This document shows positions 50,601 to 59,654 of a stretch of DNA of 64,000 nt, piece by piece. The notes below the pieces were generated by a model. That model saw nothing but the letters and a program-made list of their open reading frames with translations. It did not search any database and was not told where the DNA came from. Every line of letters begins with the position of its first letter. The first letter of the stretch is position 1. Source of the stretch: Thermocladium sp. UBA166 (GTDB taxonomy: Archaea > Thermoproteota > Thermoprotei > Thermoproteales > Thermocladiaceae); the NCBI GenBank assembly GCA_002508315.1, contig DAHE01000043.1, positions 1,228 through 65,227 on the forward strand, given 5' to 3'. The position numbers were made by a program, and so were the translations under genes.

Positions 50601-50628
50601 TTAAATCAGGGAGTGCGCGCGTGGAGCC

Positions 50629-51882
50629 GTGCAGGATTCGATCGATTTAGGGGAGGAGGAGGTATTGCGGAAATTGGTTGATGACAAGATTCGCCTCCAT
50701 GAATTGGATAAGGCATTGGGGGATTCAAATAAAGCCACGAGGCTTAGGCGGCTTTATCTGGAGCGAAAGTTGGGCGTAGATTTGAGCAATATGGGCTCCT
50801 CCATAATAGATTTCAATTCAGTTGTTGGCCGCAATGCTGAGAACACGATAGGCGCCATTCAAGTTCCCGTCGGCGTGGCTGGTCCCTTATTAATTCATGG
50901 GTCTCAGGTTAATGGAAGTGTATTCGTGCCCTTGGCCACCACAGAGGGCGCATTAATAGCATCGGTTAATAGGGGCGCCAAGGTGGTAACTGAGAATGGC
51001 GGTGCATCCAGCTTTGTGTTGAGGAATGAAATGACGCGGGCCCCCGTCTTCAAGCTAAGCAGTGCATCCTCTGCCTTGGAGTTCATAAAGTGGGTGGAGG
51101 CCAATGTAGACGCCATAAAACGCGAGGCGGAGTCGACCAGCAAGCACGTGAAGCTGCTGCGGGTAGATCCATTTATGGCTGGCAACAATGTCTGGCTGAG
51201 GTTTTCCTTCTTCACTGGGGATGCCATGGGCATGAATATGGCTACAATAGCCACGGATAAGGCCGCCAAGTTCATAGTATCTAATTTCAGCGATGCCACC
51301 CTCGTGGCCCTGAGCGGGAATATGTGCGTTGATAAGAAGGCAAGCTCTGTGGATTTCTTATTGGGGAGGGGCAAGACCGTTGTCAGCGAGGCCTTCATAA
51401 AGCTGGACTATCTCAGGGAGAGGTTAGGCCTATCTCCATCCGATGTAGTCGACGTGAATAATAGGAAGAATCTGCTTGGGTCAGCCATGTCTCACTCCTA
51501 CGGATTTAATGCGCACTTTGCTAACATAATAACGGCCATTTTCATCGCTACTGGTCAGGATGTCGCCCAAGTGGTGGAGTCAAGCATGGGAATAACGTGG
51601 GCCGAGGATCGCGGGAATGGGCTTTACTTCTCAGTGACGCTTCCCAGCATGGAGGTGGGAACGGTGGGGGGTGGAACCATGCTCCCGACGCAGAGGGAGG
51701 CGCTTAGGTTGCTGGGGGTGGAGGGCGGCGGCTCTCCTCCGGGTAGTAATTCCGTGAAGTTTGCCGAAATAGTGGGTGCGGCGGTTCTAGCGGGCGAGTT
51801 GAATTTAGTGCTTGCGCTGGCGCGGCAGGAGCTGGCGGCGGCGCATGATATGTTGGGTAGGGCTGGGAGGGGTCAGAAGTAA
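50629..51882 (+). CDS. hmgA: HMG-CoA reductase (class I, NADPH)
   Basis: ENTIG, PLATTEGAL, GDAMGMNM, GTVGGGT, LAGELNL. Confidence 0.95.
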   Translation: MQDSIDLGEEEVLRKLVDDKIRLHELDKALGDSNKATRLRRLYLERKLGVDLSNMGSSIIDFNSVVGRNAENTIGAIQVPVGVAGPLLIHGSQVNGSVFVPLATTEGALIASVNRGAKVVTENGGASSFVLRNEMTRAPVFKLSSASSALEFIKWVEANVDAIKREAESTSKHVKLLRVDPFMAGNNVWLRFSFFTGDAMGMNMATIATDKAAKFIVSNFSDATLVALSGNMCVDKKASSVDFLLGRGKTVVSEAFIKLDYLRERLGLSPSDVVDVNNRKNLLGSAMSHSYGFNAHFANIITAIFIATGQDVAQVVESSMGITWAEDRGNGLYFSVTLPSMEVGTVGGGTMLPTQREALRLLGVEGGGSPPGSNSVKFAEIVGAAVLAGELNLVLALARQELAAAHDMLGRAGRGQK

Positions 51883-51947
51883 TAAAAATAAAAGAAAAAA
51901 CAAGATGGATTTTTAACCGGGAGGAATGCAATTACGTGTTCGCGGCT

Positions 51948-52364
51948 TTACTCTATATACTTCATTGACTTAATTATGAATTGCCTTATTTTGGTCATGA
52001 CGTTCTCAACGTGCCATATGGGGTTTACAAAGACTATTAGCCAGCCCTTGTCCGACATATTGAAGAAAGCGACCTTAAAATTATTGTATTTTATTAGCAA
52101 GTATTGGAAGTTGCCGAGGAGATCATCGGAGACCTTTCGAGATCGCTGAACGAATTCTAGGAGGCTTAGAACGCCGCGGAAGGATTTAACGGTCAATGTA
52201 TTTGGGAGATGGTGTAGGAGCGGGACATTTGATGAGTTAATTATGGCGGCGCCGACTATTACCTCGCCGTCTATCAACTCTGTTAGCAAAAGTTTTTTAA
52301 GCTCCATTGAGGGCGTTGTTTCCGTCACCTTGTTATCCGGAGAGACGTAAATCACCAATGTCAA
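51948..52364 (-). CDS. Roadblock/LC7-like protein
   Basis: IVGAAIINSSNVPLLHHL beta-hairpin, central helix, three strands, C-terminal helix. Confidence 0.5.
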   Translation of the reverse strand: MTLVIYVSPDNKVTETTPSMELKKLLLTELIDGEVIVGAAIINSSNVPLLHHLPNTLTVKSFRGVLSLLEFVQRSRKVSDDLLGNFQYLLIKYNNFKVAFFNMSDKGWLIVFVNPIWHVENVMTKIRQFIIKSMKYIE

Positions 52365-52503
52365 ATCCCTAAAGTATATAATAGCGTGCGTATTTATAAA
52401 TTTTTGCCCATTTATATAGGCCCACTACGCCGGTCCCATTGCTGAATTACCCCTCCCTCGCGTTTCCGGCAAGCCTTATAAATACGTCGCAGCCAGCAGC
52501 AGC

Positions 52504-52977
52504 GTGAAGCCATCGCACTTACTGATAATATTGGCATCCATAATATTGGCGTCCAGCATAATTATCGGCGCGCTATTTCCTGTGGAGTTGATGTTCTCAG
52601 TGGAGCCCAGGTATTGGTACGTCGTATACGTTGCGGGATCCATAATCGAGACTCAATCTGCGCCGCTCTATATAATAATGTGGAGGATCTCATCACTTCT
52701 CTTTCTATCATGGCTATCCACGGTAATTATATATATAATAAAACCCTTAATCACGGCCGACGCCCTTTCCGTGATTATAGGCCTGGCATTCATTGTTTTT
52801 AATTATCTTTATTTATTCACAATAGGGATCCCCATATCTTTCTATCCATTCATCATGATATTCCATACTATAGGCCATCCATTGACATATATAGATATGG
52901 GGCAGGTAATGGTAGTTTACGTGGCTTGGAGGATCTCATCGCTTAGAAGACGGGGCCTCCTACGCATAGCGCTCTAA
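52504..52977 (+). CDS. Hypothetical membrane protein
   Basis: About 4 hydrophobic segments; TTATAAATA box upstream. Confidence 0.65.
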   Translation: MKPSHLLIILASIILASSIIIGALFPVELMFSVEPRYWYVVYVAGSIIETQSAPLYIIMWRISSLLFLSWLSTVIIYIIKPLITADALSVIIGLAFIVFNYLYLFTIGIPISFYPFIMIFHTIGHPLTYIDMGQVMVVYVAWRISSLRRRGLLRIAL

Positions 52978-53073
52978 ACAATAACGTTAAGGACGCAAAA
53001 AGACCCCCTGATCACTTCTATTAACTAAGCATTTCCGCGCTCCGCCTAAACACCCCTCACATCTGGGATTTAA

Positions 53074-53335
53074 CCTGGGGGGTTGAGGGAGCGGGAGTCC
53101 CCTTCCGCGAGGACGGGAGTGGATAGCCTCCATGGAGGTTTTTATTATGGTTGGGGTGGGTTTCTTAGGCTCTGCTGTTGAAGCTGGCCCCTCACCCATG
53201 GGGCTGGGGTCGGGCCCGTTGGGGAAGGTCCTCTTAGCCCAATCGTGGGCGGCGATGGATCGAGGTTTTCCCAATGAGGCAGGGAGTCCCCATAATGAGG
53301 TGGAGACGCCCGCCCAAGAGGATTGAGTAGTTCAC
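53074..53335 (+). mobile_element. Non-autonomous IS200/IS605-derived element (about 262 bp)
   Basis: TTTAA|CCTGGGGGGTTGAGGGAGCGGGAGTCCCC...GAGTGGATAGCCTCCATGGAGGTTTTTAT...GAGTAGTTCAC; colinear with 39730-39944. Confidence 0.65.
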
Positions 53336-53563
53336 GGCAACGATAGGCATTGCTTATTTCGGCGTAATTACTACGAGGATCGAATTCCTTCTCCCATGCT
53401 AATTCAATAAAGTCAAGTTCACTGCCCCTTGTAATTCTGAAGATGGTGAACTCCCCTCCAGGAGCAAAATTATCGCCGCTGGCCCTTCATGGCATAAGCA
53501 AGTCGGTGCGCCCGCTGGTCTTGTATCCTTAAAGTTTTTAACCAATTCTATCTGTGCCCTGTT

Positions 53564-54295
53564 ATGGGTGGAAAATCGCCAGTTCCATTGCTGGTGGATG
53601 GCAAGAGGGTTGATGGTAGACTACCTGAGGATCACAGGTCAGTTACAATGCGCGTCGGCGTGTTGCCCAACGCAAGCGGTAGTGCATTGGTGGGTTATGG
53701 AAATACAGTGGTTCTAGCTGCAGTCTATGGTCCACGGGAGGCAATGCCGCGGCATATAGCCTTGCCTGACACAGGGGTTCTCAGGGTTAGGTATCATATG
53801 GCTCCCTTCAGCACCGACGAGAGGAAGAGCCCTGCCCCCACTAGAAGGGAGATAGAGATAAGCAAAGTAGTGAGGCAGGCATTGGAGCCCGTCATTTTCC
53901 TTGAGCAGTTCCCGAAGTCATCCATAGATGTGTTTCTGGAGGTGCTGCAGGCTGATGGCAGCACCAGGGTCACGTCGATAACGGCGGCATCGCTTGCATT
54001 AGCGGATTCCGGCATACCGATGCGGGATTTAGTGGTTGGCGTATCCATTGGAAAAATAGGCGATACCGTGGTGGTAGATTTAAACAAGTTGGAGGATAAT
54101 TACGGCGATGGAGACATGCCAATAGCCGTCGTGTACAGGAGGAGCTGGATAACATTGATGCAGGCGGATGGTTCTTGGACGGTGGAGGAGGTTAAGAAAG
54201 CCATTGGCTTGGCGTTTAGGGCCGCGGAGCCCATATATAAGATGGAGAGGGACACGTTGAAGGGTAGATACTCGGAGCAGGCGATAGTTTCATGA
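53564..54295 (+). CDS. rrp41: Exosome complex exonuclease Rrp41
   Basis: RVDGR, YHMAPFSTDERK, RREIEISK, LQADGSTR. Confidence 0.95.
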   Translation: MGGKSPVPLLVDGKRVDGRLPEDHRSVTMRVGVLPNASGSALVGYGNTVVLAAVYGPREAMPRHIALPDTGVLRVRYHMAPFSTDERKSPAPTRREIEISKVVRQALEPVIFLEQFPKSSIDVFLEVLQADGSTRVTSITAASLALADSGIPMRDLVVGVSIGKIGDTVVVDLNKLEDNYGDGDMPIAVVYRRSWITLMQADGSWTVEEVKKAIGLAFRAAEPIYKMERDTLKGRYSEQAIVS

Positions 54296-55128
54296 GCTAT
54301 CCATTTGAGGTAATTCCAAGCCTTCGCCGTGAGGCATTGATGAGGTTGATATCTGATGGGAAGAGATCGGATGGAAGGGGGTTGTATGACTACAGGCAAA
54401 TAGACATAAAGGTAGGCTTGGTGAGGACGGCGGATGGAAGCGCGTTGGCCAGCATAGGTAACACTAAGGTAATAGCCGGAGTTAAGTTCGAGTTGGGTAG
54501 GCCGTTTGAGGACACGCCGGGCGAGGGAAACCTGATAGTTAACTTGGAGACCCCGCCCCTCGCGTCTCCTACATTTGAGCCTGGCCCCCCCGATGAGAAT
54601 GCGATAGAGTTGGCGCGCGTGGTGGACAGGGCAATACGCCACAGCGGCTTCGTGGACATGTCGACCCTAGCCATAGTTCAAGGCAAGTCAGTTTACGCGT
54701 TGTGGGTGGATGTCTACGTGTTGAACCATGATGGGAATTTAATGGATGCGTCACTGTTGGCTGCGGTAGCCGCATTGGCAACTTCTCAAGTCCCCAAGTC
54801 GGTGATAGATGGAGACGTGGTTAAGCTGGATAAGTCAACTAAGGTTCCGCTCTCGGTTAACATGGATAAAATGCCGTTGACAGTCACGTTCAATAAAATA
54901 GGCAAGTACATACTGGCCGATGCGAATGTGGAGGAGGAGGTGCTCAGTGAGGGTAGGTTCACAGTCGCATTCAGTGGAGGCGATGTAGTGTCAATTCAGA
55001 AGTCTAGCGGTTTCTTCACTCCATTGGAGGTGGAGGATATGATGTCGCGTGGCTTGGAGCTATCAAAATCGATAAGGGCTAAGGTGGTTGAATCCTTGGG
55101 AAATAGGCCGGAGTCCTTCATAATTTAG
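54292..55128 (+). CDS. rrp42: Exosome complex subunit Rrp42
   Basis: GKRSDGR, FEPGPPDENAIELARVVDR, NHDGNLMDA. Confidence 0.95.
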   Translation: MSYPFEVIPSLRREALMRLISDGKRSDGRGLYDYRQIDIKVGLVRTADGSALASIGNTKVIAGVKFELGRPFEDTPGEGNLIVNLETPPLASPTFEPGPPDENAIELARVVDRAIRHSGFVDMSTLAIVQGKSVYALWVDVYVLNHDGNLMDASLLAAVAALATSQVPKSVIDGDVVKLDKSTKVPLSVNMDKMPLTVTFNKIGKYILADANVEEEVLSEGRFTVAFSGGDVVSIQKSSGFFTPLEVEDMMSRGLELSKSIRAKVVESLGNRPESFII

Positions 55129-55166
55129 ATTTAGTTTTTAAACCCAAAACCGTAACCCACAGTAAA

Positions 55167-56390
55167 ATGGAGAACTATACCTATCCAAATGCAATATTGA
55201 TAACCGCTGGCCACGTGGATCATGGGAAGACCACGGTGGTGCACGCGCTCAGCGGCACGTGGGTTGCCAGGCACAGCGAGGAACTTAAGAGGGCCATGAC
55301 GATAAAGCTGGGGTATACAAGCGTTGATTTGGCCAAGTGTGACGGCGCTGAGTTCGGCGTTGCGCCTAAGTATTTGGTGGAGAAGTGCCCCAATGGCGAT
55401 ATTCCTAGGCCTTATAGAAAGATATCGATGCTGGATGCGCCGGGGCATGAGGTGTTGATATCAACCATGATAAGCGGGGTGACTTTCGTGGATGCCATAA
55501 TAATGATAATAGATGCCACAATGCCTGTCCCCCAGCCCCAGACTGAGGAGCATTTCTTGGCGGCCTCGGTCATGGGAATAAATAACTTAATAATTGTGCA
55601 GAACAAAATAGACTTGGTTCAGAGGGATAAGGCGGTTGAGAATTATAAGCAGATCCAATCATTTATAAAAGGAACGTGGGCCGAGGGCGCGCCAATAATA
55701 CCGGTCTCTGCCCTTCATAAGGTTAACATAGATGCATTGGCAACGATCATAGATGAACGAGTCCCCCCTAAATCTGCCGATGTTAATAAATCGCCGATAA
55801 TGTACGTGTTGAGGAGCTTCAACGTTAATAGGCCGGGCACCCCCGCTGAGAAGTTGGTGGGCGGGGTCGTGGGCGGCTCATTGATACAGGGTAGATTAAG
55901 GGTGGGAGATGAGATAGAGATCAGGCCTGGCCTCAAGATGGGCAATGCCTACAAGCCCATAATCACAAAGGTGGTGAGCATAACAATGGATAACGTTCAA
56001 CTAGATGAAGCTAGGCCGGGAGGATTAGTGGCGATAGGCACTCAACTGGATCCCGCATTAACTAAGGCTGATTCTCTTGTGGGCAGCGTGGTAGGTCATC
56101 CAAACGAGCTTTACCCGGTTTACTCCAGCGTAGTGCTGGATTACCACCAAATACAGAGGAGGGATGTGAAGGATCAATTGAAGACGAATGATCAAGTCAT
56201 GACGATAATAGGCTCCGCCTCCATACCTGGCATAATAAAGGGTATTAGGAATGGAAATGTAGAGATAGCCCTTCGCCGCGCCGTATGTGCTTCGCCTGGA
56301 TCAAGGGCAGTCATCATAAAGCAAGTAGGAGGGCGGTGGCGCATAATTGGATGGGGAGCATTGGTAGATGGACAAGCGATACTTAATTAA
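55167..56390 (+). CDS. eif2g: Translation initiation factor aIF2 gamma subunit
   Basis: GHVDHGKT, HSEELKRAMTIKLGY, DAPGHE, QNKID, RSFNVNRPG, WRIIGWG. Confidence 0.96.
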   Translation: MENYTYPNAILITAGHVDHGKTTVVHALSGTWVARHSEELKRAMTIKLGYTSVDLAKCDGAEFGVAPKYLVEKCPNGDIPRPYRKISMLDAPGHEVLISTMISGVTFVDAIIMIIDATMPVPQPQTEEHFLAASVMGINNLIIVQNKIDLVQRDKAVENYKQIQSFIKGTWAEGAPIIPVSALHKVNIDALATIIDERVPPKSADVNKSPIMYVLRSFNVNRPGTPAEKLVGGVVGGSLIQGRLRVGDEIEIRPGLKMGNAYKPIITKVVSITMDNVQLDEARPGGLVAIGTQLDPALTKADSLVGSVVGHPNELYPVYSSVVLDYHQIQRRDVKDQLKTNDQVMTIIGSASIPGIIKGIRNGNVEIALRRAVCASPGSRAVIIKQVGGRWRIIGWGALVDGQAILN

Positions 56391-56775
56391 AATCCCCCTG
56401 GTATTATTCGACACGAGCGCATTGCTTCTATCGTTTAGAGAGGGAATTAACTTGCTTGATAGGGTGCCCGACATGGTGGAGGGAACCTACGTGCCGGTGG
56501 TGACTCGGGCAGTTTTGGAGGAGTTGGATAAGCTTGCTAGATATGGCTCCCCCCGAATGAAGCATAGCGTGGAGGCCATTAGATCCATCATAAATGATAA
56601 TTTCGCCGTGGCCGATGTAGGCGGCGATGCAGATGAGAGCATAATGAAGTTCTCCGCAGATCATAAATGCGTGGTGGTGACGTGCGATATGGAGCTCAAG
56701 CATAAATTGGAGAGAATGGGGATAGGAGTGATATATTTCAGAAAATCATCTAGAAGATTCGAGTCGAATTTTTAA
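56368..56775 (+). CDS. PIN-domain protein (Fcf1/Utp24-like)
   Basis: LFDTSAL, VLEEL, ADESI, VVTCD; conserved position after eif2g. Confidence 0.85.
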   Translation: MDKRYLIKIPLVLFDTSALLLSFREGINLLDRVPDMVEGTYVPVVTRAVLEELDKLARYGSPRMKHSVEAIRSIINDNFAVADVGGDADESIMKFSADHKCVVVTCDMELKHKLERMGIGVIYFRKSSRRFESNF

Positions 56776-56870
56776 CCTTTCTAGATTGAGAGGGCGGAGT
56801 AATTCGCTTCATCGAATGCTCCGCATTAAAAAATAAAGTTAAAGCCGGAGTGGGGAGGGCAGTGATTAAA

Positions 56871-57707
56871 ATGATAATACGGCGATTGCACGCCAGGGAG
56901 GAATTAGAGGAGTTTGGACGCGTTGAGGAGAAGATATGGGGAGGTCAATCCCCTCCTCCGCCCGAGTTGCTTAGGGCAATTTCAGACAATGGTGGCCTAG
57001 TGCTTGGTGCATTCGATGGTGAAAGGATGATTGGGATACTGCTTGGATTTGTGGGGTTCAATAATGGAAGAATATATCACTACTCCCACCAGGCTGGGGT
57101 GCTGCGGGAGTATAGGGATAAGGGGGTTGGGTACATGTTGAAGATGGAGCAGCGCAGGGAGGTGTTGAGCATGGGAATAGACCTCATAATTTGGACCTTC
57201 AATCCATTGATGTCCAGGAATGCGTTCTTCAATGTCGGCAAGCTGGGCGCCGTGGTGAGGTGCTACATGGCGAATTATTATGGGTCAATGAATGATGATC
57301 TAAACAGGGGGATCCCAACGGATAGGGTGATAGCGGAGTGGTGGGTGAACAGCAACCGTGTTAGTGGATGGAGGCCCGTGAAGGTCAATCCATTACTTGG
57401 AGGGAATATCGTGGAAACTGTCGTTGTTAAGAAAGGCAATGCCGCATTTAGAGTGCCTACCCGCGTAGTTAAGGTAGAGGGGGATCCCTTGCTCCTCGAA
57501 ATACCGGCCGATATACTGGCAATCCGAGACTCGCTGGGATACGATGCGGTGAGCAGCTGGGTCAATGCCTACAGGGAAGCATTCGAGTACGTATTAAGTA
57601 ATGACTACCATGTGACGGACGTGGTTAGGATGAATGATCGCTCCTTCTATGTATTAACCAAGGCGAGCGAAGGAATTGGGGAGCCAATCTGCCACGCCCC
57701 TCGCTAG
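56871..57707 (+). CDS. Predicted GNAT acetyltransferase (COG3375-like)
   Basis: HYSHQAGV, GVGYMLKMEQR, WTFNPL..RNAFFN..KLG, PTDRVIAEW. Confidence 0.8.
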   Translation: MIIRRLHAREELEEFGRVEEKIWGGQSPPPPELLRAISDNGGLVLGAFDGERMIGILLGFVGFNNGRIYHYSHQAGVLREYRDKGVGYMLKMEQRREVLSMGIDLIIWTFNPLMSRNAFFNVGKLGAVVRCYMANYYGSMNDDLNRGIPTDRVIAEWWVNSNRVSGWRPVKVNPLLGGNIVETVVVKKGNAAFRVPTRVVKVEGDPLLLEIPADILAIRDSLGYDAVSSWVNAYREAFEYVLSNDYHVTDVVRMNDRSFYVLTKASEGIGEPICHAPR

Positions 57708-57753
57708 GAAATGAATCCCCACGAGCAACGCCGCGCCCCTCCAATGGGAGTTT

Positions 57754-58353
57754 CTATACTAGGGTGTAGGTATCATCGCTGGAACTCCTCCTGCCTCCGA
57801 ATGCCCTTATTATCAATCCCGGCGTTTTCATTAGGAGAGGCATATTAACCGTAATCCCAGCGGACTTAATTATCTCGCTTGCCTCCTCGGAGCCCACCTC
57901 TATGCGTATCTTCTTGGCGCCTTGAAGCTTGCTCAGTATATCATGTATCTCCACTATGCTTCCCCCATATATAGGCCCTCCGCTGGTGGATATGGATACA
58001 ATCAAGAAATCGGCGTTGCTTATTACCTCCCTGACCTTATCGGCGTACGCCGCGGGCTTCCTCAACAGCATCTCGAAGTTATCTATTGCGTACATGGAGG
58101 ACCCATTTAGGGAGTTGGAGCAAGATATATCGTTTCCCCGCCTTAGATTGATTATATGTAGGCCATCAACCATTGCGCTTAATTTCCTCAAGAGGAATGT
58201 CTTTCCAGTGCCGTATTCCCCCACCAATGCATATACGCCTCCTCCTCGCAATGCACGCCTCAATTCGTCGATTGCCATTCTGGCACTGCTCCCTATAAGC
58301 TCTTGCCTACGTATCTCCTCGCAGTCTACATCCTCGGCGAAGCCCAGAGCCAT
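57754..58353 (-). CDS. Small P-loop NTPase of unknown function
   Basis: GEYGTGKT Walker A; YAIDNFE Walker B-like. Confidence 0.65.
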   Translation of the reverse strand: MALGFAEDVDCEEIRRQELIGSSARMAIDELRRALRGGGVYALVGEYGTGKTFLLRKLSAMVDGLHIINLRRGNDISCSNSLNGSSMYAIDNFEMLLRKPAAYADKVREVISNADFLIVSISTSGGPIYGGSIVEIHDILSKLQGAKKIRIEVGSEEASEIIKSAGITVNMPLLMKTPGLIIRAFGGRRSSSDDTYTLV

Positions 58354-58525
58354 CGATTCATTCTATAAGGTGAACAAATATAATTCAATCGATTAAAATA
58401 ATTAAGTTGAGTGCTTATTCGTTGGTCTCTTCTTAATTGTTATCCAGTTATGCTTGGGATGCCGTTGCAATTAATGCTGGAGTCATTCCTCGTTGTTTCA
58501 CGGCAAAAGTTAAAAATTGCCATAA

Positions 58526-59329
58526 GTGAACCACTGGATGACCATTTATGACTACTTGTTGGGCGAGCTGAGGAAATATGGATCTATACATTTAACATTG
58601 CTCGATCCTGATAAGATAGATATTGGCAAATTCGTGGAGCTTTCCAAGAACGCCGAGAAGAGCGGTTCATCCGCTGTAATGGTGGGAGGAAGCCTGGGCG
58701 TGAACGAGAAATTGCTGGACGAGTATTTGGAGGCAGCAAAGAGGGAAGTCGGTATACCGTTCATCTTATTTCCAGGAAATATAGCGGGGCTTAGCAGCAA
58801 GGCCGATGCGCTGTTCTATTTATCGGTATTAAACTCGCTGGATCCCTACTATATAATAGGGGCTCAGGTGCAAGCCTCAATATTGTTGGCTAAGCGTTAT
58901 TCTTCCTTGGATGTGATATCGATGGCCTACATAATAGTAGGCGAGGGGGGAGCTGCGGGATACGTAAGCAATGCCCGCATGCTTCCATTCGAGCGCGACG
59001 ATATAATAATAGCGTATGCCTTGGCCGCTAAGTACCTTGGTTTTAATGTGATATACCTGGAGGCCGGGTCAGGCGCGAAGGAACCCGTTAGGCCGAGCAT
59101 ATTGGCCAAGATGAAGCGATTAGTGGATAGGCCCATTATGGTTGGCGGCGGCATTAGGACGCCGGAGGTGGCGTATAGCATAGCATTGGCCGGCGCAGAT
59201 ATGATAGTTACGGGCACCGTCGTCGAGGAGTCCCCCTCCATGGTGCTCTCGGATATAGTTGATGCGGTTCATAGAGGCGGAATGGATAGGAAAAGCGGCT
59301 CCTCACGGAATGAGGAATCTAAGCAGTAA
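58526..59329 (+). CDS. Geranylgeranylglyceryl phosphate synthase
   Basis: HLTLLDPDK, MVGGS, ILFPG, YLEAGSGA, VGGGIR. Confidence 0.93.
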   Translation: MNHWMTIYDYLLGELRKYGSIHLTLLDPDKIDIGKFVELSKNAEKSGSSAVMVGGSLGVNEKLLDEYLEAAKREVGIPFILFPGNIAGLSSKADALFYLSVLNSLDPYYIIGAQVQASILLAKRYSSLDVISMAYIIVGEGGAAGYVSNARMLPFERDDIIIAYALAAKYLGFNVIYLEAGSGAKEPVRPSILAKMKRLVDRPIMVGGGIRTPEVAYSIALAGADMIVTGTVVEESPSMVLSDIVDAVHRGGMDRKSGSSRNEESKQ

Positions 59330-59476
59330 TACCACTATTGGCACGGCTATTCCTATAACTATTACGGTGGTTGGGGATAGCTTTATCTTCTCTATTTCCC
59401 CTACATCGTAGAATCTAACCAACCCAGCCGACATAAAGGGCTGCATGCCGCTGGACTTCCTTCGCTTGCTTGGCAT
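59303..59476 (-). CDS. secG: Preprotein translocase subunit SecG/Sec61-beta (57 aa; missed by the ORF track)
   Basis: MPSKRRKSSGMQPFMSAGLVRFYDVGEIEKIKLSPTTVIVIGIAVPIVVLLLRFLIP: AGL.R(F/Y)Y...IK.SP plus one TM helix. Confidence 0.88.
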   Translation of the reverse strand: MPSKRRKSSGMQPFMSAGLVRFYDVGEIEKIKLSPTTVIVIGIAVPIVVLLLRFLIP

Positions 59477-59654
59477 GCATTACACGTAACACGGCCATTT
59501 TTTAAGCGTTTCCACATGAGCATTAGCGTTCCTGAGCGTGTTCCAGACATGCTTGAACTCCAGCATTCATTAATAATTCTATTTCTTAGAGGCAAAACCG
59601 CTGGTTCTGTAAACATTTAAAAAATCCAACCGCCGGGGCTTCCCTGAGAAATTA

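Noticed and set aside
52987-53326. Short ORFs 52987-53274(-) and 53132-53326(+); likewise 39648-39854 and 39817-40008
   Set aside because: They lie within non-coding IS-derived elements and have no protein motifs
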